Assembly (NCBI GenBank): GCA_964035545.1
Contig: OZ037768.1
Location: forward strand, 24,731,344 to 24,795,343
Direction: 5' to 3'
DNA length: 64,000 nucleotides
DNA from: Bugula neritina
Lineage: Eukaryota; Animalia; Bryozoa
Under the pieces are notes generated by a model that saw nothing but the letters and a program-made list of their open reading frames with translations, was not told where the DNA came from and did no database searches. The position numbers and the translations under genes are program-made. Of the stretch, positions 11,001 to 22,807 are shown piece by piece (position 1 is the stretch's first letter; every line of letters begins with the position of its first letter).

Positions 11001-14000
11001 GTGTGTAGATGTATGATGTCACAGTAGTAGTAGTGATGATGTCACAGTAGTAGTGATGATGTCACAGTAGTAGTAGTGATGATGTCACAGTAGTAGTGAT
11101 GATGATGTCACAGTAGTAGTAGTGATGATGTCACAGTAGTAGTGATGATGATGTCACAGTAGTAGTAGTGATGATGTCACAGTAGTAGTAGTGATGATGT
11201 CACAGTAGTAGTAGTGATGATGTCACAGTAGTAGTAGTGATGATGTCACAGTAGTAGTGGTGATGATGTCACAGTAGTAGTGATGATGTCACAGTAGTAG
11301 TGATGATGTCACAGTAGTAGTGATGATGATGTCACAGTAGTAGTAGTGATGATGTCACAGTAGTAGTGATGATGATGTCACAGTAGTAGTAGTGATGATG
11401 TCACAGTAGTAGTGGTGATGTCACAGTAGTAGTGATGATGTCACAGTAGTAGTAGTGATAATTTCACAGTAGTAGTAGTGATGATGTCACAGTAGTAGTA
11501 GTGATGATGTCACAGTAGTAGTAGTGATGATGTCACAGTAGTAGTGGTGATGATGTCACAGTAGTAGTGGTGATGCAGGAAATGGCTGGACTCTCCATAT
11601 TCATGCAAGGTGCTGCCGCACAGAGGAACTACCCGACTCACTACCTGGACGGAGCCATTGATGTCTACCAGACATGTCGCTCTCAGTCCTTCATGACTCG
11701 CTCTGTTCTCCTCAGCACCGAAGTTCTCAAGGTCAAAGGGCTCTGGTTGCAAGCTGCTTCTCAGTTCCTCAAACTGACTGGGGAGGTGAGTTACTCCCCC
11801 CACCTACTGTATAGAACGTAATTCTAGACTATATTATACTATAGCATGTATTACTAGACTATATTATATTATAGCATGTATTACTAGACTATATTATACT
11901 ATAGCATGTATTACTAGACTATGTTATACTATAGCATGTATTACTAGACTATATTATACTGTAGCATGTATTACTAGACTATGTTATACTATAGCATGTA
12001 TTACTAGACTATATTATACTATAGCATGTATTACTAGACTATATTATACTATAGTATGTATTACTAGACTATATTATACTATAGTATGTATTACTAGACT
12101 ATATTATACTATAGCATGTATTACTAGACTATATTATACTATAGCATGTATTACTAGACTATATTATACTATAGTATGTATTACTAGACTATATTATACT
12201 ATAGTATGTATTACTAGACTATATTATACTATAGTATGTATTACTAGACTATATTATATTATAGCATGTATTACTAGACTATATTATACTATAGTATGTA
12301 TTACTAGACTATATTATACTATAGTATGTATTACTAGACTATATTATATTATAGCATGTATTACTAGACTATATTATACTATAGTATGTATTACTAGACT
12401 ATATTATACTATAGTATGTATTACTAGACTATATTATACTATAGTATGTATTACTAGACTATATTATACTATAGTATGTATTACTAGACTATATTATACT
12501 ATAGTATGTATTACTAGACTATATTATACTATAGTATGTATTACTAGACTATATTATACTATAGCATGTATTACAGGAGTTTGACCTGAGAAGTGCTGTC
12601 TTGCTGGAACAGGCAGCGTACTGTTACCTCAACATGTCTCCTCCACAGATTAGGAAGTTTGCCTTCTACATGGTGCTGGCTGGTCACAGGTACTCCAAGT
12701 CCAGTCAGAGGAAGCACTCTCTCAGGTGTTACACCGTCTCGTCCCAAGTCTATAAAGGGAAGGACTGGACTCTGGCTGAGGTACTACACTGTATGATACT
12801 ATACTGTATGATACTATACTGTATGATACTATACCGTATGATACTATACCGTATGATACTATACCGTATGATACTATACCGTATGATACTATACCGTATG
12901 ATACTATACCGTATGATACTATACCGTATGATACTATACCGTATGATACTATACCGTATGATACTATACCGTATGATACTATACCGTATGATACTATACC
13001 GTATGATACTATACCGTATGATACTATACCGTATGATACTATACCGTATGATACTATACCGTATGATACTATACCGTATGATACTATACCGTATGATACT
13101 ATACCGTATGATACTATACCGTATGATACTATACCGTATGATACTATACCGTATGATACTATACCGTATGATACTGTAGAATCACATAGGAGTGAGTGTA
13201 TCGCGTCTCTCCAGTCAACTCAGCCTCTCTCTGCAAGCTCTCTCTCACGCCAGCAAACTTCTTACAGAGTCTTCAGAACAACCTCACCAGCAGTGCGTCT
13301 TCCTCAAGGAGTATCTGCAGTTATACCAGGTGGGTAGAGAATGTCTGCAGATATACCAGGTGAGTAGAGAATATCTGCAGTTATACCAGGGGAGTAGAGA
13401 ATGTCTGCAGATATACCAGGTGAGTAGAGAATGTCTGCAGATATATTAGATGAGTAGAAAATGTCTGCAGATATATCAGGTGAGTAGAGAATGTCTGCAG
13501 ATATATCAGGTGAGTAGAGAATGTCTGCAGATATATCAGGTGAGTAGAGAATGTCTGCAGATATATTAGATGAGTAGAAAATGTCTGCAGATATATCAGG
13601 TGAGTAGAGAATGTCTGCAGATATATCAGGTGAGTAGAGAATGTCTGCAGATATATCAGGTGAGTAGAGAATGTCTGCAGATATATTAGATGAGTAGAAA
13701 ATGTCTGCAGATATATCAGGTGAGTAGAGAATATCTGCAGTTATACCAGGGGAGTAGAAAATGTCTGCAGATATACCAGGTGAGTAGAAAATGTCTGCAG
13801 ATATATCAGGTGAGTAGAAAATGTCTGCAGATATATCAGGGGAGTAGAGAATATCTGCAGTTATACCAGGGGAGTAGAGAATGTCTGCAGATATACCAGG
13901 TGGGTAGAGAATGTCTGCAGATATACCAGGTGAGTAGAGAATATCTGCAGTTATACCAGGGGAGTAGAGAATGTCTGCAGATATACCAGGTGAGTAGAGA

Positions 14001-17000
14001 ATGTCTGCAGATATATTAGATGAGTAGAAAATGTCTGCAGATATATCAGGTGAGTATCCCTGTCTGCTCTGCAGAAAGTGAAAGCCGATGAAGGGGAGAA
14101 GTGGAGGTCTGAGATGGCTGTCCCACAGATGGTGGACAACGAAGTGATGGTTACGACGGAGCAGTTTGAGATGCCCACCAACAGCACGGTGTACTCAGAC
14201 GATGTGAGGTGGACTCAGTTAGAGGAAGCCTGTGTTCTCAAGAGTCAGGGCAGCCTTCCCCTTGTCTTCATTAAGAGTACCCCTTCTTATAACAAATACA
14301 TGACCAATACTCAATGCCCAGGGGCTGTGCTTGGAGGTATTACACAATACTATGTAACTATGTAACTGTGTAACTATGTAACTATACAGTTGTACTGTGT
14401 AACTATACAGTTGTACTATGTAACTATACAGTTGTACTGTGTAACTATGTAACTATACAGTTGTACTATGTAACTATGTAACTATACAGTTGTACTATGT
14501 AACTATTAACTATGCAATTGTACTATATGACTATACAGTTGTGCTGTGTAACTATACAGTTGTACTGTGTAACTAAACAGTTGTACTATGTAACTATACA
14601 GTTGTACTAGTAACTATACAGTTGTACTATGTAACTATACAATTGTACTATGTAACTATTAACTATGCAATTGTACTATGTGACTATACAGTTGTGCTGT
14701 GTAACTATACAGTTGTACTGTGTAACTAAACAGTTGTACTATGTAACTATACAGTTGTACTAGTAACTATACAGTTGTACTATGTAACTATACAGTTGTA
14801 CTGTGTAACTATACAGTTGTACTATGTAACTATCCCCAGAGACCCAGTTTGTCAGAGTTATGGTATACAACCCGTTAGGAGTTGTCTTACAGTTGACTCA
14901 AGTCCACATTAGCTGGAGATTCCAACCTTCAGGGGAGGAAAACTTTTCCTTCGACAGCAAGGTGACATTCTCTAGTCATAGTTGTATAATATACTCACTA
15001 CTATATATATAGTTGTATATACTCACTACTATATATATAGTTGTATCTACTCACTACTATATATATATAGTTGTATATACTCACTACTATATATATAGTT
15101 GTATATACTCACTACTATATATATATAGTTGTATATATTCACTACTTCATATATATAGTTGTATATATTCACTACTATATATATAGTTGTATATACTCAC
15201 TACTATATATATAGTTGTATATACTCACTACTATATATATAGTTGTATATATTCACTACTTCATATATATAGTTGTATATACTCACTACTATATATATAG
15301 TTGTATATATTCACTACTATATATATATATATAGTTGTATATACTCACTACTATATATATATAGTTGTATATATTCACTACTATATATATATATAGTTGT
15401 ATATACTCACTACTATATATATAGTTGTATATATTCACTACTTCATATATATAGTTGTATATATTCACTACTATATATATAGTTGTATATACTCACTACT
15501 ATATATATAGTTGTATATACTCACTACTATATATATATATAGTTGTATATACTCACTACTATATATATATAGTTGTATCTACTCACTACTATATATATAG
15601 TTGTATATACTCACTACTATATATATAGTTGTATATACTCACTACTATATATATAGTTGTATATACTCACTACTATATATATAGTTGTATATACTCACTA
15701 CTATATATATAGTTGTATATACTCACTACTATATATATATATAGTTGTATATACTCACTACTATATATATAGTTGTATATACTCACTATTATATATATAG
15801 TTGTATATACTCACTACTATATATATAGTTGTATATACTCACTACTATATATATAGTTGTATATACTCACTACTATATATATAGTTGTATATACTCACTA
15901 CTTCATAGCGTTTCTATTCTTCAGAATAACCCGGATGTAGTTGATCAGATGAATATTCCAGTAATTGACCTCCTTCCACTTAGCAGGCAATGGGTGAGTT
16001 TGTTATACTCCCTGTGATTGGTGGGTGAGTTTGTTATACTCCCTGTGATTGGTGAGTGAACGTGTTATACTCCCTGTGATTGGTGGGTGAGTTTGTTATA
16101 CTCCCTGTGATTGGTGGGTGAACGTGTTATACTCCCTGTGATTGGTGGGTGAGTTTGTTATACTCCCTGTGATTGATGTGTGAGTTTGTTGTACTCCCTG
16201 TGATTGGTGGTGATGCTCGTTATACTCCTGTTTAGATTCTCTTCCGTTTGGTGCCGAAAGCTCTGGGAATACTCAACCTGCTCTCCATCAACTACCATGT
16301 GGCTTACAAAGACTTCAGCTCGGAGGTGCTCTCCTCTCCCGTCCAGGGAGAACTATTGCTCACTGTACGAGGTCCCCGACTGAACAACACTGTCAAGGAC
16401 AAAACCTCCGTCAGCTATGCAGACGACCAACGACTGTACATCAACATACAGTCAGCACTTCCCAAACTACAGGTGGCTATATGTGTCTATTATTAGTAAC
16501 AGAGTAATATATGTGTCTATTATTAGTAATGGATTAATATAATTATGTGTCTATTATTAGTAACAGAGTAATATATGTGTCTATTATTAGTAACAGAGTA
16601 ATATATATGTTTATTAGTAACAGAGTAATATATATGTCTAATATTAGTAACAGAGTAATATATATGTCTATTATTAGTAACAGAGTATATATGTCTATTA
16701 TTAGTAATATAGTAATATATGTGTCTATTATTAGTAATAGAATAATATATGTGTCTATTATTAGTAACAGAGTAATATATATGTCTATTACTAGTAACAG
16801 AGTAATATATATGTCTATTACTAGTAACAGAGTAATATATATGTCTATTATTAGTAATATAGTAATATATGTGTTTATTATTAGTAATGGAGTAATATAT
16901 GTGTCTATTATTAGTAATAGAGTAATATATATGTCTATTACTAGTAACAGAATAATATATATGTCTATTATTAGTAACAGAGTAATATGTATGTCTATTA

Positions 17001-20000
17001 TTACTAACAGAATAATATATATGTCTATTATTAGTAACAGAGTAATATACGTGTCTATAATTAGTAATATAGTAATATATGTGTCTATTATTAGTAACAG
17101 AGTAATATATATGTCTATTATTACTAACAGAATAATATATATGTCTATTATTAGTAACAGAGTGATATATGTGTCTATTATTAGTAACAGAGTGATATAT
17201 GTGTCTATTATTAGTAACAGAGTAATATATGTGTCTATTATTAGTAACAAAGTAATATATGTGTGTCTATTATTAGTAACAGAGTGATATATGTGTCTAT
17301 TATTAGTAACAGAGTAATATATGTGTCTATTATTAGTAACAGAGTAATATATGTGTGTCTATTATTAGTAACAGAGTAATATATGTGTCTATTATTAGTA
17401 ACAGAGTAATATATGTGTCTATTATTAGTAACAGAGTAATATATGTGTCTGCAGGTGATTTTCCAGTCACTGCCTGACAACATGCTGTGTGGAGAAATCG
17501 TCAGAGTCCCTGTGAAACTCACTAACGTTGGATCTGTAGCCCTGAGCAGACTACATGTTACCTGCAATGAGCCGCAGATGGTCACTTTCTCAGAATATAC
17601 TGATGTGCAGGACTATTCTCCTTTCTCTAGGTATTCTGTTAGCTAGCTCAGTGACATAACAGTAAGTGAGTAGTGAGTAGGGAGTACAGAGTGAGTAGTG
17701 AGTACAGACTGAGTAGTGAGTACAGAGTGAGTACTGAGTAGTGAGTACAGAGTGAGTAGTCAGTACTGAGTAGTGAGTACAGAGTGAGTACTGAATAGTC
17801 AGTAGTGAGTACTAAGTAGTGAGTAGTGAGTACAGAGTGAGTAGTCAGTAGTGAGTAGTCAGTAGTGAGTAGGGAGTACAGAGTGAGTAGTCAGTAGGGA
17901 GTACAGACTGAGTAGTCAGTGGTGAGTACTGAGTACAGACAGAGTGAGTAGTGAGTACAGAGTGAGTAGGGAGTAGTGAGTACAGAGTGAGTAGTCAGTA
18001 GTGAGTACAGAGTGAGTAGTCAGTAGTGAGTAGTGAGTACTGAGTAGTGAGTAGTGAGTGATATAGTATCACACATACCTCCAGGAAAGTGATCGCACTA
18101 GACACTCGAGTTGCCACACTCTCACCTGCCGATTCACTGGATGTCGAGCTGTGGATCCGGGCAGAAGATATTCCGATGAGCAAACCTCTCAACTTCCTGT
18201 TTTATTATGAGTTGGCAGATGATTCTACGGGAACGAAAATAAGGTATATACTGTGATATGTACTATGATATATACTATGATATGTACTATGATATGTACT
18301 ATGATATGTACTATGATATGTACTATGATATATACTGTGATATATACTATGATATGTACTATGATATATACTATGTTATGTACTATGATATGTACTATGA
18401 TATGTACTATGATATATACTATGATATATACTATGATATATACTGTGATATATAATATGTTATGTACTATGATATATACTATGATATGTACTATGATATA
18501 CTATGATATGTACTATGATATATACTATGATATATACTATGATATGTACTATGATATGTACTATGATATATACTATGATATATACTATGATATGTACTAT
18601 GATATATACTATGATATGTACTATGATATGTACTATGATATGTACTACGACTGTATGACATGTGTAATGGCTGCAGGCACAGGTGTAGTAGATACAGTTT
18701 TGTCATAACCACCACTTCCGGTCTCACCACTCAGTGTAACACTCACATTAGAGCAGTTAAAGACGCGACACACCTGGGGAGTTATCTCTCCTCTATACTA
18801 GTACACAACTGTTTGAAGGTATTCCCATTCTATCTTATAATATACAGTGGATTTATAGCTATGTTGTTGTTATTGTGGTGGTATGTTGTTGTTAATGTGG
18901 TGGTATGTTGTTGTTGATGTGGTGGTATGTTGTTGTTATTGTGGTGGTGTGTTGTTGTTAATGTGGAGGGTTATGTTGCTGTGGCACTATTGTAGCCATC
19001 TAACGAAGCTGCCACTGAGTTTGCTGTCACAGACATATTATGTAAGAGCAGCGGATGGCGGGTGACGTCACTCAGCTCTGAGTCACCTTCCAATGTCCGA
19101 GTCAACCAATCAGAAGTGGCGCTCCTCAATGTCTACCTCATGCAGCTACACGAGGATAAAACACAGTGTCTTAGTCGGGTACATCTCAACTCCGAACAGG
19201 TGAGGAAAGTAGCACAACCAGTGTGACACGGTGCACTGGGCATGCTCGGTGAAGTACCGGGACAGACACGGTGCACGGGGCATACTTGGCTCAACTTTAT
19301 GATGACTGAACGTAGAAAACAATTATATTTCATTCAACTGGTCGGATTCAGATATTTTTATAAAACGAGTTTGATGTTTGTTTTGGAAAATTAAATGAAT
19401 GATTAGATGTTGGGGTTGTTCTGCTAGCCTATTGGTGGTTTGTGTGGCCTTGACCTCAATGGTTTAGTATTGTACAGGTTGCCATGGGCGACGAGATTGT
19501 TGACAGCTTCCTGTCCGTACCCTTTGTCCAATCAGAGCAGCCCCCTGCTGGAGAGGGAGACCAATCAGATCCTTGCGTGGCTGTAGTCGGTGTAGTGTGG
19601 AAGGTGAGTGTGTTCTATACAGTGTACGTACATGTTCTATACAGTGTACGTACATGTTCTATACAGTGTACATACATGTTCTATACAGTGTACATACATG
19701 TTCTATACAGTGTACATGCATGTTCTATACAGTATACATACATGTTCTATACAGTGTACATACATGTTCTATACAGTGTACATGCATGTTCTATACAGTA
19801 TACATACATGTTCTATACAGTGTACATACATGTTCTATACAGTGTACATACATGTTCTATACAGTGTACATACATGTTCTATACAGTGTACATACATGTT
19901 CTATACAGTATACATACATGTTCTATACAGTGTACATACATGTTCTATACAGTGTACATACATGTTCTATACAGTGTACATGCATGTTCTATACAGTATA

Positions 20001-22772
20001 CATACATGTTCTATACAGTGTACGTACATGTTCTATACAGTATACGTACATGTTCTATACAGTGTACATACATGTTCTATACAGTGTACATACATGTTCT
20101 ATACAGTGTACATGCATGTTCTATACAGTATACATACATACATGTTCTATACACTATACATACATGTTCTATACACTGTACATACATGTTCTATACACTG
20201 TACACACATGTTCTATACAGTATACATACATGTTCTATACAGTGTACATGCATGTTCTATACAGTATACATACATGTTCTATACAGTGTACATACAAGTT
20301 CTATACAGTGTACATACATGTTCTATACAGTATACATACATGTTCTATACAGTGTACATACATGTTCTATACAGTGTACATACAAGTTCTATACAGTGTA
20401 CATACATGTTCTATACAGTATACATACATGTTCTATACAGTATACATACAAGTTCTATACACTATACATACAAGTTCTATACAGTGTACGTACATGTTCT
20501 ATACAGTGTACATACATGTTCTATACAGTGTACATACATGTTCTATACAGTATACGCACATGTTCTATACAGTATACATACAAGTTCTATACAGTGTACA
20601 TACATGTTCTATGCTACAGTGTATGCACTATGTTACTTCCTTTCAGAGATTTAGAATGGATGTAAATGGAATCACTACACAGTCTGCAGGACTCCATTGT
20701 CTGCCCATATTAACTATGAGTGAAGAAGTAGAAACCAGGGCAGGGAGATCTCCAGTTAGTTGAGCATATCTAGTATCACTCAGTACTATACAGAGTATCA
20801 CTCAGTACTATACAGTATCACTCAGTACTATACAGTATCACTCAGTACTATACAGAGTATCACTCAGTACTATACACAGTATCACTCAGTACTATACAGA
20901 GTATCACTCAGTACTATACAGAGTATCACTCAGTACTATACAGTATCACTCAGTACTATACAGTATCACTCAGTACTATACACAGTATCACTCAGTACTA
21001 TACAGAGTATGACTCAGTACTATACAGTATCACTCAGTACTATACACAGTATCACTCAGTACTATACAGTATCACTCAGTACTATACAGAGTATCACTCA
21101 GTACTATACACAGTATCACTCAGTACTATACAGTATCACTCAGTACTATACAGTATCACTCAGTACTATACAGTATCACTCAGTACTATACAGAGTATCA
21201 CTCAGTACTCCACAGTATCACTCAGTACTATACAGTATCACTCAGTACTATACAGAGTATCACTCAGTACTATACAGTATCACTCAGTACTATACAGAGT
21301 ATCACTCAGTACTATACAGTATCACTCAGTACTATACACAGTATCACTCAGTACTCCACAGTATCACTCAGTACTATACAGAGTATCACTCAGTACTATA
21401 CACAGTATCACTCAGTACTATACAGTATCACTCAGTACTATACAAAGTATCACTCAGTACTATACAGTATCACTCAGTACTATACACAGTATCACTCAGT
21501 ACTATACAGTATCACTCAGTACTATACACAGTATCACTCAGTACTATACAGAGTATCACTCAGTACTATACACAGTATCACTCAGTACTATACACAGTAT
21601 CACTCAGTACTGTACAGAGTATCACTTTCTGTAGAGTTTCAACAACCAATTCGCTGTGCTGGAGATACCAAGAAGGCCGACCTACACGGAGTTAGCAGCA
21701 CCCACACAGCGTGCTGACTGCAGAGTGGAGTATCAGCTGCTGTATGAGTCACATTTCATGGTTGACTTGTCCAAACACAGGCAAGTCAACACAGTTTATA
21801 TACTGAGAGAAAGTCTATACCGTCTTGTAGCTATTTCCTGCTATTTGCTTCTCCTTCTTGAGTAAATCTAATACCAGATTCACTTTTTACAGAGTCTGTG
21901 TGTTTCCGGTAAAACTGGTGCTCAAATCTTACTCCAACGTAGATGTTGAGGTCTGCGTTCAACACCAGAAGTAAGTTACACCACATTATGGTACAGCTGA
22001 TACATTATACTACTGTATTACAGCTGATACATTATACTACTGTATTACAGCTGATACATTATACTACTGTATTACAGCTGATACATTATACTACTGTATT
22101 ACAGCTGATACATTATACTACTGTATTACAGCTGATACATTATACTACTGTATTACAGCTGATACATTATACTACTGTATTACAGCTGATACATTATACT
22201 ACTGTATTACAGCTGATACATTATACTACTGTATTACAGCTGATACATTATACTACTGTATTACAGCTGATACATTATACTACTGTATTACAGCTGATAC
22301 ATTATACTACTGTATTACAGCTGATACATTATACTACTGTATTACAGCTGATACATTATACTACTGTATTACAGCTGATACATTATACTACTGTATTACA
22401 GCTGATACATTATACTACTGTATTACAGTTGATACATTATACTACTGTATTACAGCTGATACATTATACTACTGTATTACAGCTGATACATTATACTACT
22501 GTATTACAGCTGATACATTATACTACTGTATTACAGCTGATACATTATACTGCAGTCTGTTATGTTGTAGTGTTGATGGACTCATGTGGTCAGGTAAAAC
22601 CTGTAGCAAGGTTAGAATAGCTCCGTATCAGGAGACCTCTATACACATGACAGTTACCATCCTCAGATACGGAGTGTATGACCTCAACTCTCTGGCTGTC
22701 ACTGCGCTAGACAACACGTTTGTCAGACATCATGCCTCAGTGCCACATCTCCTTATAGTGGAGAAAGGATAA
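5073..22772 (+). CDS. TRAPPC8: Trafficking protein particle complex subunit 8 (Trs85 orthologue), 25 exons, 1288 aa
   Basis: N-terminus MAQCQKSAQAFVRDAFNP...NHLSFVELLLPFSR; motifs TPWFEEYRECF, SDHEFLRHY, ESPEMQLRRLGDLCF, LLEQAAYCY..IRKFAFYMVLAGHRYSK, GPRLNNT, GVYDL. Exons: 5073-5229, 5394-5505, 7097-7173, 7788-7957, 9010-9104, 9432-9585, 9798-10070, 10225-10307, 10847-11000, 11579-11785, 12577-12780, 13180-13329, 14075-14336, 14840-14961, 15925-15993, 16236-16472, 17455-17630, 18085-18243, 18677-18818, 18996-19199, 19478-19603, 20647-20754, 21635-21780, 21893-21970, 22571-22772; total 3867 nt, phase-consistent. Confidence 0.95.
5547..7059. repeat. TRAPPC8 intron 2 array, 19-bp unit, about 80 copies
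   Basis: Unit CTCAGTATCACTCTCACTR. Confidence 0.95.
7186..7785. repeat. TRAPPC8 intron 3 AT-rich array built from 5-mers (25-35-bp higher period)
   Basis: ACTATATTGT ACTATATTAT ATTATGTTAT; runs directly into the AG at 7787. Confidence 0.9.
7955..8388. repeat. TRAPPC8 intron 4 array A, 31-bp unit x14, spans the donor site
   Basis: Unit CAGGTTAGTGTGTATAACACAGTACTAACWA. Confidence 0.95.
8563..8685. repeat. TRAPPC8 intron 4 array B, 19-bp unit
   Basis: Unit ATAGYAGTATATCTACATG. Confidence 0.9.
8794..8990. repeat. TRAPPC8 intron 4 array C, 17-bp unit
   Basis: Unit CAGTGTATACRTARCAA. Confidence 0.9.
9145..9422. repeat. TRAPPC8 intron 5 array, 23-bp unit x12
   Basis: Unit TACTACTAGTAGTTAGTATACAG. 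Confidence 0.95.
9609..9793. repeat. TRAPPC8 intron 6 array, 44-bp unit x4, diverged
   Basis: Consensus TATTACTAGACTATACAGTATACTGTGTATAGTATAAATATCTG. Confidence 0.9.
10084..10175. repeat. TRAPPC8 intron 7 short 33-bp repeat
   Basis: ATATTACTATGTCATATTATATTACTGTATTAT, 2-3 copies. Confidence 0.7.
10339..10851. repeat. TRAPPC8 intron 8 array, 31-bp unit, spans the acceptor site
   Basis: Unit CTGTAGAGGTTGTGTTGTATTGTATACTATA; the last CTGTAG|AGGTT is the real acceptor. Confidence 0.95.
11011..11575. repeat. TRAPPC8 intron 9 array, 20-26-bp unit
   Basis: GATGTCACA(GTA)n GT(GAT)n. Confidence 0.95.
11824..12574. repeat. TRAPPC8 intron 10 array, 30-bp unit x25
   Basis: Unit [30 protein letters not shown]; terminates as TTACAG. 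Confidence 0.95.
12788..13175. repeat. TRAPPC8 intron 11 array, 15-bp unit x26, nearly invariant
   Basis: Unit ATACTATACCGTATG; fills essentially the whole intron. Confidence 0.95.
13309..14056. repeat. TRAPPC8 exon 12/intron 12 array, 30-bp unit x25, spans the donor site
   Basis: Unit GAATGTCTGCAGATATAYCAG|GTGAGTAGA; the first copy is the exon end. Confidence 0.95.
14348..14832. repeat. TRAPPC8 intron 13 array, 21-bp unit
   Basis: Unit TAACTATACAGTTGTACTRTG. Confidence 0.95.
14978..15902. repeat. TRAPPC8 intron 14 array, about 28-bp unit with variable (TA)n
   Basis: Unit GTTGTATATACTCACTAC(TA)n. Confidence 0.95.
15991..16230. repeat. TRAPPC8 intron 15 array, 31-bp unit, spans the donor site
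   Basis: Unit TGG|GTGAGTTTGTTATACTCCCTGTGATTGG. Confidence 0.95.
16479..17450. repeat. TRAPPC8 intron 16 array, 30-bp unit
   Basis: Unit TATTATTAGTAACAGAGTAATATATRTGTC; ends 4 nt before the exon. Confidence 0.95.
17661..18061. repeat. TRAPPC8 intron 17 degenerate purine-rich array
   Basis: GTGAGTA / GAGTACAGA modules. Confidence 0.9.
18248..18650. repeat. TRAPPC8 intron 18 array, 12-bp unit
   Basis: Unit TACTATGATATR. Confidence 0.95.
18860..18980. repeat. TRAPPC8 intron 19 short degenerate GT-rich repeat, about 22 bp
   Basis: TATGTTGTTGTTAWTGTGGTGG, about 5 copies. Confidence 0.75.
19610..20612. repeat. TRAPPC8 intron 21 array, 22-bp unit
   Basis: Unit CATGTTCTATACAGTRTACRTA. Confidence 0.95.
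20772..21626. repeat. TRAPPC8 intron 22 array, 20/22-bp unit
   Basis: Unit CAGTATCACTCAGTACTATA, with or without a 2-bp insertion. Confidence 0.95.
21992..22551. repeat. TRAPPC8 intron 24 array, 27-bp unit x21, nearly invariant
   Basis: Unit TACAGCTGATACATTATACTACTGTAT. Confidence 0.95.
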
Positions 22773-22807
22773 CTCCTAATATATGCAATAGTTGTTTTCT
22801 CATGAGA

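Noticed and set aside
13330-14074. TRAPPC8 intron 12 as a clean intron gain by AG|GT tandem duplication
   Set aside because: The functional acceptor corresponds to the unit's CTGCAG, not to the CAG at the donor position, so the simple model does not fit. Intron-position comparison with orthologues is needed.
19200-19477. Box C/D snoRNA in the array-free intron 20 (ATGATGA at about 19299)
   Set aside because: No appropriately spaced CTGA D box or terminal stem is visible.
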